From a virus (lineage: Duplodnaviria; Caudoviricetes), in IMG/VR virus record IMGVR_UViG_3300027419_000030, positions 5,062 to 69,061 of that record: 64,000 nt of DNA. One strand, 5' to 3'. The position numbers were made by a program, and so were the translations under genes. Positions 28,788-39,900 of this stretch are shown in pieces (the first letter of the stretch is position 1; each line of letters starts with the position of its first letter). A model generated the notes under the pieces. It was given only the letters and a program-made list of their open reading frames with translations, was not told the origin of the DNA and did no database searches.

Positions 28788-29683
28788 TCGAAGAGCCTCG
28801 GTATGCCCAACCTGCCACTATTTTCAGGAATATTAAAGACTGGTGATGGAGATGAAGACGGATACAACGAAGATGCACGCGAATTATTTTGCTGCTGATC
28901 ACGTTTCTTCTTTTCGTCTTCAACTTCCTTCTTAAGATCTCCACGAGTCTTAAACATCATATTCTTGAACATTTTTCGCGAAATTACAGCATCTCCGTCC
29001 TTGAGCGCAGCCTCGCCGATGTCAAGCGCCTGATCCTGAATATGCTTAACAATATCAGGATCAAGAGAATCAATCATGTCATCTGAAAATGACTGCAAAG
29101 CCTGCCTGGTAGAAGGATCGGGAAACAATCCAGAAGCGAAATCGGCAAGGAAACTAAGACCAAGCGTAACCGTAGCATCCCCAACAGGCTTAAGCGAAAG
29201 AGCCTTAGCGATCTGAATTCCCTTCGGCAACCACTTAGGAAGCGTAGCAGCAACAACCGGACCGACACTAAGCCGCTCCTGCAGCGCAGGAGCGGGATAT
29301 GATGGGGCAATTTGTTCCTGCGCCTGTGGCGCAGGAACGGAGGGAGCATAGGGGAGCCTACCTGTGCGTTTGGCGGCGTTGTCCATAGCATGACACACGT
29401 TACAGTTCATGAGGATGAACGGAGTATCTTCGCCATCAACAATCTCTTCCAGAGTATAGCGATCTTTGGGATAATCACAGAATGCAATCCTGGTACCGCC
29501 TTTGCCAGCATCAGCAGATGGATCAAAGCCCATATAATAATAAATTCCTGTAGGCTTACCACTATGACCTTTATATTCATACTGCTGCGGGTCTTGTACA
29601 TTATTGGCCGAAGGGCTAAAGGCCCGCCAGGTATCGCCATTATCCCCAACGAGGATACCATTCTTACCCTTGTACGTTTCCAT
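28784..29683 (-). CDS. Hypothetical virion protein with Pro-rich linker
   Basis: Translationally coupled in minus-strand operon. Confidence 0.55.
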   Translation of the reverse strand: METYKGKNGILVGDNGDTWRAFSPSANNVQDPQQYEYKGHSGKPTGIYYYMGFDPSADAGKGGTRIAFCDYPKDRYTLEEIVDGEDTPFILMNCNVCHAMDNAAKRTGRLPYAPSVPAPQAQEQIAPSYPAPALQERLSVGPVVAATLPKWLPKGIQIAKALSLKPVGDATVTLGLSFLADFASGLFPDPSTRQALQSFSDDMIDSLDPDIVKHIQDQALDIGEAALKDGDAVISRKMFKNMMFKTRGDLKKEVEDEKKKRDQQQNNSRASSLYPSSSPSPVFNIPENSGRLGIPRLFE

Positions 29684-30050
29684 CTATTTCACCATCACCA
29701 GGATCTCTACGAATTTCATCAACGAGTTTGATAACTACGGACTTGAATAGCTCAAATTCAGCGTCACTACTATTTATCATTTGCATAAGACTAGGCCAAT
29801 TGACATCAATGAATTGAATAAGAACCAAACCGATGCCTTTAATGTCCATGCCATTAATAGCCATTTTAATCTGATCGGCATACGAGATAAACATATCATT
29901 GCCACAAATAAGAGAAACAATATCATCGGAAGAAAGAATACGCATCTGAGCATATAACTCAACTGCATAATCCTCAGATGGGAAATTATCTGTATGCGAA
30001 ACATGGCCAAGCATGGTATAAACTATGGGATTAACTAAAACTTCGCCCAT
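29664..30050 (-). CDS. Hypothetical protein
   Basis: Coupled in operon. Confidence 0.5.
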   Translation of the reverse strand: MGEVLVNPIVYTMLGHVSHTDNFPSEDYAVELYAQMRILSSDDIVSLICGNDMFISYADQIKMAINGMDIKGIGLVLIQFIDVNWPSLMQMINSSDAEFELFKSVVIKLVDEIRRDPGDGEIDGNVQG

Positions 30051-30052
30051 AA

Positions 30053-31270
30053 CTAGAACCTCGTAGCAACTGCGGTTGCGTCGGGAGACATTTTATGCTT
30101 TTTAAGCTCCTGACCACCAATTAAACCGTCAAATAGCTTACCAGCCATAGATCCAGCAACATTCGCCATAGCAAGTCTACGTTTCTCACGAATCAACTCA
30201 AGATCTGATTTCTTTTCAGCTTGAGTGAGCTGATGATCTAATTTCCTATCCTCTCGCGCGATTTCAGCCCTGGCGCGCTCCCATTCGGGAGTATCGGTAG
30301 TTATTTTTAAGCCATTGGATCGAGCCTCTTCAATAACTTCGCGATACTGGGGACGAGGTTGGGAAAGAGCAGTTTCGAGACGTTTGATGTGTTCTCTCAT
30401 ATACTCACGATCTTTATCGATCATATCCATTTGCAATTTTGATTTATCTTCCATTAATTTGGTGTTTGCATCCTTCAAGTCGTCAATAAGCTTCTTGGTC
30501 TGGTCCTGGGAATCCTTAAACAAATTAGTAAATGCATCAGTCGTAGTTTTATTGATTTCCTTGAATTTATCAATAACTTCGACAACACTTGGAGTTCCAG
30601 AAACAAGATTTGAAGAAGATTGAGGATTAACTGCCTTCTGGATATCCATACCAGCCTTCAACTGATCAACAATCATAGAACTAACATCTCTTATGATGGA
30701 AACAGGATCGGAAGAAACGGGAGATGGAACAGGAGCAGCAGACGGAGGAAACTGCCGGGGGACGCCACCGGGCACATTAACAGGTGACGAAAGCCACGCA
30801 GGAGGCTCATTAAGAAACTTGAGCTTTGCGTCGTCGGAGTCGAGATTTTTAAGAGCAGTATCGATTATTGCGGCCCTATCATTATGAGGTTGAAGAAGAC
30901 CACCGGGATTTATACCAGCAACAGCCACAGAAGAAGGAGAAGCAGTAGGATTTAAATTATTTCTAGTAGCATCTGCAAGCTCTTTTTCCTCCCTGGCCTT
31001 ATACGCCTTGCTCTGCGCAAGGGCCCCATCTACCATGTTCCACCTAAGTTTCTCGAAAGCATCTGAAATCATCTCATCCTGGATAGCACGCTTCATTTGA
31101 AGCGGATCTTTGGGAATTCCACCATCTGAGAGCGAAATAGTAGGAGGAAGAGCAGAAACGGGATCAGATTGAATGGCCTTTGAAGCAATATCAATGGGAT
31201 TTTGATCACTGAGATCTTTTTCTTTCTTGGAAGATTCAGACTTTTCTTTTTCCTTTTCTTTGACAGCCAT
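30053..31270 (-). CDS. Pro-rich/coiled-coil protein with amphipathic C-terminus (possible virion membrane-associated protein)
   Basis: First gene of operon; coiled coil followed by MANVAGSMAGKLFDGLIGG. Confidence 0.55.
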   Translation of the reverse strand: MAVKEKEKEKSESSKKEKDLSDQNPIDIASKAIQSDPVSALPPTISLSDGGIPKDPLQMKRAIQDEMISDAFEKLRWNMVDGALAQSKAYKAREEKELADATRNNLNPTASPSSVAVAGINPGGLLQPHNDRAAIIDTALKNLDSDDAKLKFLNEPPAWLSSPVNVPGGVPRQFPPSAAPVPSPVSSDPVSIIRDVSSMIVDQLKAGMDIQKAVNPQSSSNLVSGTPSVVEVIDKFKEINKTTTDAFTNLFKDSQDQTKKLIDDLKDANTKLMEDKSKLQMDMIDKDREYMREHIKRLETALSQPRPQYREVIEEARSNGLKITTDTPEWERARAEIAREDRKLDHQLTQAEKKSDLELIREKRRLAMANVAGSMAGKLFDGLIGGQELKKHKMSPDATAVATRF

Positions 31271-31323
31271 ATTGGATACTAAGGTAGAAAGAGATATATT
31301 TAGGTTACTACTCTAATAGATAC

Positions 31324-31677
31324 ATGGAAACTAAAAAAACAATAAAAAGGAGGAAGCAGAAGACACGTAGGAAGGGAAAAAACGACAATTCTACGGCGTG
31401 GGAGAGATTACCAAAAACGCCATCAGGAAAACAGGTAAAGATACAATTCTATGTGAATGCAAACCAGATTGAACGATATAAAAGAGCTGGAATGATTGCA
31501 TCAGAAATGGACAAGGTTTTAAGAGGGGAAGGAATAATAAGAAACACGCCAGGAATGTTCTGTGAAGATTGTTGTAGGAGAGGTGCGGAATATTGGGAAA
31601 AGATGTTCGAGAAAATAGTAATAGCAGAGAAGGAGGGAAAAGATGCCGTCTCATCCAATTCACATAATTCTCGATGA
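31324..31677 (+). CDS. Basic hypothetical protein
   Basis: Clean ORF divergent from operon. Confidence 0.45.
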   Translation: METKKTIKRRKQKTRRKGKNDNSTAWERLPKTPSGKQVKIQFYVNANQIERYKRAGMIASEMDKVLRGEGIIRNTPGMFCEDCCRRGAEYWEKMFEKIVIAEKEGKDAVSSNSHNSR

Positions 31678-31942
31678 GATTCTATTCGGCAGAGGAAATT
31701 TCTTTCCAGAAGTACATAAATATATGGATCAAGCGCAACCATATATGCAATCTAATCACAGAAAGTATTTTCACGACATGCAAGCGGTGTATGATGTATA
31801 TTATATGATGGGAGAAAACTATACTGCTATGCTTTCGGCATATTTTCACATAATTTTAGATTCAGTAAGCGATGAAGTAGGTCAAGATCACGCAGTTATG
31901 GAACTTGTTAGTAGATTACAAAGAGGAGAGATACAAATATGA
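31643..31942 (+). CDS. His-rich small protein
   Basis: HPIH...HRKYFHD...H motifs; GGAGG upstream. Confidence 0.5.
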   Translation: MPSHPIHIILDEILFGRGNFFPEVHKYMDQAQPYMQSNHRKYFHDMQAVYDVYYMMGENYTAMLSAYFHIILDSVSDEVGQDHAVMELVSRLQRGEIQI

Positions 31943-32298
31943 ATGAAATTAAGGAAAAAAAGTGTCCAAGATGCGAAATGGACAACATGTTTGCAGGAAT
32001 TGCTATAGCGAACGTGGCATGTGGAACAATAAAAAACGAAGAAAAGCAAGGAGCTTGTATGGAATGGGCAAACGGAATAGACCCAACAAAGATGAGCGCC
32101 GAGCAAATTTTAGAGGAAACTTATGATAGAGCAGGAATAAACGGAATTGCGGCATTCCCGGAAATCCACAACGCAATGGTAAGAAAGCTAATAATAAAGA
32201 AGGTAGGACAGAAACTTGAAAAAGGAATAGCAGTAACAAAAGAAGAACAGGAACTATACAATAGATACACGAAAAAAGAAGAAGCAAGAGGGTTATAA
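31939..32298 (+). CDS. Cys-containing hypothetical protein
   Basis: CPRC, AC, AC. Confidence 0.5.
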   Translation: MNEIKEKKCPRCEMDNMFAGIAIANVACGTIKNEEKQGACMEWANGIDPTKMSAEQILEETYDRAGINGIAAFPEIHNAMVRKLIIKKVGQKLEKGIAVTKEEQELYNRYTKKEEARGL

Positions 32299-32299
32299 G

Positions 32300-33109
32300 A
32301 TGGCATCAATAACAGCAGAAGACCTACAAGCTTTCGGAGCAGCAAATGGTCTAAAAATAATGGACCATAGGGACGCAATGGATTGGGCAAAGAACCTGAA
32401 TAGAAATAACGGGCTTTGCCCATGTGGAAAAGTGTGCCCGTGTAATGATTGCACATGTAAATTTTACGAGACAATAGAGAACATTAATGAGGAACAAGAC
32501 ATGATTATAAAGAACGATGAGATAGCAGGAGCAGTAGAAACGCTGGAAGATGCAAAAGGATTACTGCTATCGATAGACACGACGACAACGATGGAAGATG
32601 CCATAGAAACAATAGACGCAGCAAAGGAGTTAGTAGAAAAAGACGCAGAAGCACACAAATGCGGTGAATGTGAAAAGTACATGCAAGGTTACGCAAGAAA
32701 ACTTGCTTTCCTGAAATCAGAATGCGAAAAAGATCCACTGGCATGCGCACTGGAAAGGAATGATGCACTGCATAGGGCAGACCTGATGCAACAAACTTTC
32801 ATCGGAGCAGACGCGGATTTAGCAAAGATGGAAGAGGAAAAGAACGAACAGCAAAGACCAGAGACAGGCAAAACCGAAGAAAAAACCGAAACGGCGTTAG
32901 AAGAGAATGAAACACAAGTGATAAAACCGTTCCATGAATGCGTAAGCGATTCAATGGCGGAGTTAGCAGACGAGATACCAGGAAGACCAACGAGAATGTG
33001 TGTAAGTACAAAAAGATGTGGAAAAACGACACCGAAGACGAAAGAAGAAGCAATGGCAGAATGTTTGAAATCACAAGAGGAGAGAGAAAATGGACAAAAT
33101 TCTAGTTAA
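32300..33109 (+). CDS. Cys-rich protein with N-terminal ferredoxin:thioredoxin-reductase catalytic-like motif
   Basis: AFGAANGLKI...WAKNLNRNNGLCPCGKVCPCNDCTCKFYE resembles the FTR CPC..CPC..CHC pattern with shortened spacing. Confidence 0.4.
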   Translation: MASITAEDLQAFGAANGLKIMDHRDAMDWAKNLNRNNGLCPCGKVCPCNDCTCKFYETIENINEEQDMIIKNDEIAGAVETLEDAKGLLLSIDTTTTMEDAIETIDAAKELVEKDAEAHKCGECEKYMQGYARKLAFLKSECEKDPLACALERNDALHRADLMQQTFIGADADLAKMEEEKNEQQRPETGKTEEKTETALEENETQVIKPFHECVSDSMAELADEIPGRPTRMCVSTKRCGKTTPKTKEEAMAECLKSQEERENGQNSS

Positions 33110-33431
33110 AATAATTTTATGTATGAACGGGCAATTGCCATTGCCAGCAAGCGGAATAGCAAAGAAATTGGCAAAAGAAAAGAAAATAAACGTAAGAACG
33201 TGCGCAGAACGGATAAAATATAGATTAGATGCTCTAATAGAAGCAGGAATGGTAGAATCATTCAAATCTGGAAATAGGAATTTGTATAAGTTAGCAGAAA
33301 CAATAGAAATATTAGATGGAACGATAGTACTGAAAGACGCCGAAGGAACAGAGCTTTATACAGAGGAAAAGAAGCTACTGAGAATGATAGATGAAAATGG
33401 TGAAGTGGTTCTAAGCATATTAGAAGAGTAA
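33090..33431 (+). CDS. Winged-helix protein
   Basis: ASGIAKKL...RLDALIEAGMVESFKSGNRNLYKL. Confidence 0.6.
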   Translation: MDKILVKIILCMNGQLPLPASGIAKKLAKEKKINVRTCAERIKYRLDALIEAGMVESFKSGNRNLYKLAETIEILDGTIVLKDAEGTELYTEEKKLLRMIDENGEVVLSILEE

Positions 33432-33493
33432 AAACATTTTTTAGTACATTTCTTTTTATATGACAGAAACAAAGAAGAACTTGGTGCATAATA

Positions 33494-33709
33494 ATGTCGA
33501 AGACTATTAAACCAGGAGAGATGGGAGATCCGTCTCTGAGAATTGGCATCAAGAAGGGCGGAATGGGCATGAGGTTCCTGCACGTAACAGGCGGAAACCC
33601 GGATAAGATCAAGGCGCAGCAGGGAGTTCTTACTAGCTGTGCAAAGGCCGCAAAGGGCCTGAAGGGAATAGCCTTCAAGGACTCTGTAAAGAAATGTTTG
33701 AAACGCTAG
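33494..33709 (+). CDS. Small basic protein (possible virion DNA-binding/core protein)
   Basis: Lys/Gly-rich; codon bias like the capsid gene. Confidence 0.45.
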   Translation: MSKTIKPGEMGDPSLRIGIKKGGMGMRFLHVTGGNPDKIKAQQGVLTSCAKAAKGLKGIAFKDSVKKCLKR

Positions 33710-33720
33710 GTAAAAACTGA

Positions 33721-33748
33721 ATGATGCGACTTTTTAACGTCGCATTAT
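33721..33748. terminator. Hairpin between convergent genes
   Basis: ATGCGAC-TTTTTAAC-GTCGCAT. Confidence 0.4.
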
Positions 33749-34879
33749 CTATTTTGGTAGAAATTTTTTAGCAATTAACCATTTTCTGTCAAGTTTAGGA
33801 ATATCAAGCATAGATATGAAATTAAAAAACTTGAGAGCATTTTTACCATATATACCATAAGAATAGCAACTAGAATAATCATATTTATAAATTAAACTGC
33901 CACACGAAAGAAGAGATTCGATAACAAATTTTATCCATTCTAAAACAGAAAATGTACCAAGTAACCGAATATGTAATTGATCATAAAAACGGAACTTATA
34001 CGACAATTTATTAGAATATACAGTACCATCACCATCAATTAAACCGACAATATACGCAAGTTTATATTTAGTACATTCGAGATTTGGAGGCATAAGAGTA
34101 AGAGACTTTTTAGGTGTTATGTTATATATTTCTTTTAGAGAAGTAACAATTTCTTCGGAATATAATTGTAAAACACAAACATCGTGAAATTTGCCAGTAT
34201 CAACGAATTTACCATCAACCATAGTATGAAAAGGAACGTTTCTAACAGAAACCGGAAAATCGTATCCAATGCATTTACGAAACTTGTCGAGATGATCAAC
34301 ATCATTAATAGATAACTGAATTCTAAGCACGTGCTTAAAAATGTTGCCATCGGCAGCAATAAAACCTGCCCAATATGCTGATTCTTCAGTAACTTTATCA
34401 AAGTAATTGCGATTAAATACATGATTATAACTAGGACGCTTAATAACACCAAGAGTAGCACCACGATTGGAAACAGAAGGAATAGTTCTTTTAAGTCTAT
34501 CGCTGATGAATTGAAGAGATTCATGCGATTTATACATAGATTTGAGAATTTCATCATCTTCGGGAGTCCAATAACGATTAGTACGTTTCAAATTGAGAAA
34601 ATGTGCCCTATTAGCAATAGAACCGGGCTTGCGATTGAGTAAAATAGCAATTTCATTAACACTTTTGGTAGAATAACTAGATTTAAGAATTTCGTCTTCT
34701 TCAGGAGTCCATTTTAAATTAACCTTGATTCCGAGCTTAATAGCACGATTTTTAATAGAAGAATAAGAACGATCGAGCATAGATAGCAATTCATCTGGAG
34801 AAACTTTGCCATAAAAAGAATGCAATATGGCATCTTCTTCAGAAGTCCAATTAGGAGCAGTAGGATTAAAATTACGCAT
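33749..34879 (-). CDS. Free-standing LAGLIDADG homing endonuclease with N-terminal Myb-like repeats
   Basis: Three WTxEEDxIL repeats; WAGFIAADG and YIVGLIDGDG motifs; start at ATG 34879. Confidence 0.88.
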   Translation of the reverse strand: MRNFNPTAPNWTSEEDAILHSFYGKVSPDELLSMLDRSYSSIKNRAIKLGIKVNLKWTPEEDEILKSSYSTKSVNEIAILLNRKPGSIANRAHFLNLKRTNRYWTPEDDEILKSMYKSHESLQFISDRLKRTIPSVSNRGATLGVIKRPSYNHVFNRNYFDKVTEESAYWAGFIAADGNIFKHVLRIQLSINDVDHLDKFRKCIGYDFPVSVRNVPFHTMVDGKFVDTGKFHDVCVLQLYSEEIVTSLKEIYNITPKKSLTLMPPNLECTKYKLAYIVGLIDGDGTVYSNKLSYKFRFYDQLHIRLLGTFSVLEWIKFVIESLLSCGSLIYKYDYSSCYSYGIYGKNALKFFNFISMLDIPKLDRKWLIAKKFLPK

Positions 34880-34978
34880 AGTAGTATAGATACTCAATAG
34901 TATAAAAAGAATATGGTACAATAAGAGTAAGAAATAAAATGAGATATATTGAAATACAAGCATTTAGCATAGTGTACT

Positions 34979-35332
34979 ATGCGACCAAGTATCACGGAAG
35001 ACATAGAAGACCATCCGGGAAAGATGAGACTTTCTATAGGAAACCTGGAAATTTACGTAGATGAAGTATTAAACATTCCAGTAGGAATGGTTTTTTCGGC
35101 AATTGATGATAAAACAAAGAAACCGAAGATATGCACATTAACTTATGGCGGAGTTTTGATAGAAGAATTTAATAGCAGCACAACACCGAAAATGCTACAT
35201 GAAATGGTAGAAATGCAGCAGAAAAATGCGTTTGATATGGCAAACATGATAATAGCAAAAGATAATGCAATGGAGGAAGCAAGAACAGCCAAGGAAAAAA
35301 CAGAAGAAGACAGAAATAGGGACGTAAGCTAA
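34979..35332 (+). CDS. Hypothetical protein
   Basis: Clean ORF. Confidence 0.5.
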   Translation: MRPSITEDIEDHPGKMRLSIGNLEIYVDEVLNIPVGMVFSAIDDKTKKPKICTLTYGGVLIEEFNSSTTPKMLHEMVEMQQKNAFDMANMIIAKDNAMEEARTAKEKTEEDRNRDVS

Positions 35333-35508
35333 TGAACGAACCGTCTTTATGGGAGTTCAGAGGAGAATTCGATGAAGACGGAGAAATAGAATTTTTAGAA
35401 ATAAGAGAAGTATTAGAATTGCCTGTAGAATGGGAATACACGATATTTCTGCAAGAACAAAGCGAACAATACATAAAAGGATTTGAGATATTGGCCGGAA
35501 TGGGTTAA
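35332..35508 (+). CDS. Small acidic protein (58 aa)
   Basis: TAATG coupling to the previous gene. Confidence 0.45.
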   Translation: MNEPSLWEFRGEFDEDGEIEFLEIREVLELPVEWEYTIFLQEQSEQYIKGFEILAGMG

Positions 35509-35509
35509 T

Positions 35510-36724
35510 TCAGAACTTTTCTAAAGTGAATACTACACCAACGGTCTTGTCTATAACTGGAATAACAGATTCTTCTTCAGTTTTGTACTCCTCGGAGGAA
35601 ACAGAAACCTTAACAGGAACATCCAAAGGCAATTCTACAGTAACAGGAGAGCGACCAGAAATAACACCGTCTATGGAAACAATTGCGTGTGAATCAAATG
35701 GAACTGTACTTATGGCGATAAATCCAGTTTCGACAGGAATCTTAGGAAGCACAAAAACGGGCAACTGCATCTTCTCAGCAGAAATCTCATACTCCTCGCG
35801 CAGCGAGGAGTAGCCAGGAAAGGATGCTATAAATACGTATTTTCCTATAGGTAATTCTATTTCACAGGGAGTTACATCTTTATTTTGCTTAACTTCTTCG
35901 CCAACTTTACCATAGTGGACAACTGCGTGTGGAGGCTTGGAAAGGATTTTAACTGAGCCAATTTCGGGATATCCAATTAAGCACTTCTTAGCAGCCTGCT
36001 TGAACTCTACTGGATCTACGAAATGATTCTTCTCGAACTTTAAATTAGGTTCTGTATAGCAATTGCCGATGCTCCATAGAGCAAAATTGGTATCTTCGAA
36101 GTAGACGGTGCCCAAGACACGGCCATATAGATCATTGGGAGTATGACGGTCATAGTACACGGTAACTTCTTTATTGAGCCAGAACGCAGCAGTGGCAGAA
36201 AGAACCTTTTTGCCGCGAGAAGTACCAGCTTCAGGAGTATCAATGCCAGCAATACGCACGATACGTTTCTGCGTGAGGGAACCAGTATCATCCATGTACT
36301 GAGAAACTGAAATGGTATCTCCATCAGTAACAGCAATAATTTTTCCTTTGAAACTGCGACCAACATCCGTATCATTCTCGTCACCGACCGGGAGAGGAGA
36401 ATTGATGCTAGGAGTAACTATGGTAGCCTCAAGAAAATCGATTTGTCTATCAATGGATTCATTTTTGTATGCATAATATTTGGATTCGTCAGCAAGTAAT
36501 TTAGATTCATTATCGTTGATGAATTTTTTAAATATGTCAAAATCCTTAGACAAGGCCAGCAGGTCTTGTCTGGCGGCAGTGTAGAGACCGGAAGGATCTT
36601 GATGGTACTGCTCAGCATTGCGAGCATCGTCCTGAATCTTGCGGATAGCATCGATGCCCTTGAGAATGTCCTGTAGCCTCTGGCGGGCCTCTGCGACAGG
36701 AGTACTACTGTAACCTGTGACCAT
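35510..36724 (-). CDS. Thermonuclease (SNase) fused to N-terminal helical domain and two PEGA domains
   Basis: VTDGDTI, RIAGIDTPE, DLYGRVLG; C-terminal PEGA-like repeats (S.P..A.V..dG...G..P....LP.G.Y). Confidence 0.85.
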   Translation of the reverse strand: MVTGYSSTPVAEARQRLQDILKGIDAIRKIQDDARNAEQYHQDPSGLYTAARQDLLALSKDFDIFKKFINDNESKLLADESKYYAYKNESIDRQIDFLEATIVTPSINSPLPVGDENDTDVGRSFKGKIIAVTDGDTISVSQYMDDTGSLTQKRIVRIAGIDTPEAGTSRGKKVLSATAAFWLNKEVTVYYDRHTPNDLYGRVLGTVYFEDTNFALWSIGNCYTEPNLKFEKNHFVDPVEFKQAAKKCLIGYPEIGSVKILSKPPHAVVHYGKVGEEVKQNKDVTPCEIELPIGKYVFIASFPGYSSLREEYEISAEKMQLPVFVLPKIPVETGFIAISTVPFDSHAIVSIDGVISGRSPVTVELPLDVPVKVSVSSEEYKTEEESVIPVIDKTVGVVFTLEKF

Positions 36725-36982
36725 TTAATTCAGCATCCTTGTCTTCAGATTTGGAAGGAAGAAGAGACTCGCATAGGACAGATCTACGAGGAGAAGTAGA
36801 TCGGGATACGCCAACAGGAATCTCAACAGTAATCATAGGAGAGATATTTATGTGAAGGGTGTATAAAAGGTTTGACTATGACAATGACAAATGAACAAAA
36901 ATTGAAGGACGAAATCAAGAAAGCTAAAAAGGAAGTGGAGAACACGATAAATAAAGCAAAAGAAGCAGGGAGGAGAAAGTAA

Positions 36983-39900
36983 ATGACATTTGCATTTAAA
37001 ACAGTAGAAAATTATACAGAATCTATAAAAACATCAAGCGGATTATCAAATTTCATATCACAGGCAAAAATTTCACTAGATAACTCGACATATACAAAGG
37101 CACTGAACAATTATGTGGCATCTTTGCCAGCACTATCTTTGAAAACGATAAACAACATACAAGTAGCTGATTCAGTAAGCAAAATAATAGAGGACGCAAC
37201 AAAAGGAGTAACAGATATAACAAACGGACTAAAAACATCAGTAGTGCAACAAGCACTTTCAGGATTGAGTTACGAAGCAAGTAAACAATTGGATAGTATA
37301 GTAGTACAATATAATACATTAACATCTACAGCATCAGTAGAATTGCAAACGCAATTACTAAATGATGCAATAACGGGAATAAGCACAATAAAAACAAACG
37401 CATTAAACATAGCAAACAAAGTAATAACTAAAAATGCACTAGAAACTACGAAAATCATAGAAGTAGCATTAACTAAATTACAAACACAATTACTAAAAGA
37501 TAAAGGATATTCTGGAACAGTATTGATAAGCAAGATGACATTACCTGAAGGAACAATGTATTTCAAAACAGAAGATTTGCAGAAGAAACCAGAACTATTA
37601 AAGACGTTGTTAGAAAGCGGTAAAATAACACAAGCACAATTGAATAGTGGAGGAATAGAAGCAAAAACGATAATGGAAGATTATTTGACATATATGTCAA
37701 AACACCAATCAGAATCATCAATATTGCCAGTGCTTAAGAGTGAAACAACAATAACACAAGCAAATTTAGGATCAGAAATAGGAAAATCAACAATTTCAGA
37801 CGAAGTAGCAAAAGGAAATTACAGTACACCAACTTTTGGAATAACGCCAGAATCTTTCAGCGGAACAGCAGAAATAGAAGGACCATTTTCGGAGAATGAA
37901 TATTATTGGGCAACTACAACAAAAGAAGGACTAAAAGTAGGAAAAGTATTATATGATGGGTATGAAAAAACAGGAGTAGGAGCAAAAGGAACATTAGTAA
38001 AGGGAGATATACTAAATAAATTGGCAAACGAAGAAAAAATAGATGAAAACAATTGGACGGTAGTAACAGAAGGAACAAAATTAGGAGAACATTATAGACT
38101 GAATGAAATAAGTGATTCTGGGGAACTATTAGCACATTTGGTTTCAGCACAGACATATGGAGGAGAAGCGAAGATAAATTCATCAGTGGCAGTGACATTA
38201 ACAAAAACGACAGCAGAAGGAGGAGTAAAAGAAATAAAAGTAGCTCAGTCAGTATTGAGAAGCAATTTAAGCGACTACGAAAAAAGCGGATACGATGTAT
38301 CAGAGATAAAAAATGTAATAAAAACAGAACAAGCGGCACAGATAACACTAGATAAGTACAATGAATCGATGAAAGCCGCAATAGCACTAAAAACTGGAAT
38401 AAACACAGGAAATGCACTATCGATTGCAGATGGAAAAATAACAGTGTATGGACAAGACGTATCATATGCAGTAAAACCAGAATCATATACGATGGATAGC
38501 TGGACAAAAATGGCAAACTCTGTAATATCAGAGTCACCAGAAACAGATGTAATATCAACAACACTGAAATCTACACTATCTACGATGCTGAATTTGTATA
38601 TGGATAGAGACACGAAATTGGCAAACGCGGGACTGGGTACGCAAGAAATAGTGAACACTGCATATACAGGAGATTGGTCTTTAACAAAAGTGCTGACATT
38701 TTGGGGAAGAGAATTATATTCTGGTGTAGGATCGATATTGTACGGAACAGAAGCAATATCACCAGATATTGCTTTAAATGGAGTTTATGAATTTAAAACA
38801 ACGGATACTGGGTTGAAATTGGCAAATACGTGGGCGAGTGAATGGGCAACAACTGGAAAAATAACAAATAACATAGGATTGACAGTAAACGACGCAAAAA
38901 CATTCGTATTGCAGAACGCAGACACGAATAGCCTGAACAGCATATTGAAAACACAGCAACATGATTTAGCAGTACTCATTTACAACCCGGTAACACAATC
39001 ATCAGTGATAGACGCATATGGGTCAGATATCACGAAACAGATACAAAACACCATAACATTAACTAAATCAGACATAGAATCTGCAAACACTGACGTAATA
39101 ATATATGGAATTCAAGAAATATTAAGTCAAAATATAACAGGAACACCATTGGATATACTGATAACATTGGGAGGAGGAGGAGTAATAGGAATAGAAGGAG
39201 ACATAATAGGAAAAATAAGTAAAGTATCACTTTCTGGTGCATCAACAATAGCAAAAGCGACTTCGGAAATAAGCGATTTCGCAAAATTCGTGAAAGATGC
39301 AGGAATAACGATATCAACGACGACTGATAAATTAAAAATATCAGACGTAGTCTCAAAATCGCTGCTAGAATCGGCAGGAGTATCAAAAACACTACTAGTA
39401 CCAACAACCGAAGTAGGATGGATAGCAAAAGCTTCTGACGTAGGAATTACCGAGGTACTATCAAGTGGAAAACTGATAGATTGGGAACCTTTGTCAGTAG
39501 TACAAGATATATCAAAAAGCTTCGAGAAAGCAGTAGACAATCCAATAAACTCGAAGATATTTGTAGATTCACTAGTAAAAACGGACGTAGCAGTAGTGAA
39601 ATCAACTCTAGCGGAGTTGATTTCAATAGATCCAGTAGCAATAAGCAACGTAATAGAAACAGGAATAAAACTATCAGACGAAGCAACGGGAACAGTAGTA
39701 AAAGCAATACTAAAAGACGCAAATAGCTTATTTGTAGACACATCTTTGGCATTCGCCAAAGAGATTTCAACGACGGCTGTAGGAGATTCTACGGTAGCGG
39801 GAAAATTACTTTTCGATGCAAGCGAAATATTAGGAAGAACGCCGGTTGAAAACATGGTAACGACCGCATTAGAACATGGAACAGAAAATTACAACTTAAT

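Noticed and set aside
29380-29410. CxxCH (CNVCH) haem-c motif in 28784-29683
   Set aside because: Single motif, no signal peptide, structural-operon context; likely chance or Zn ligands.
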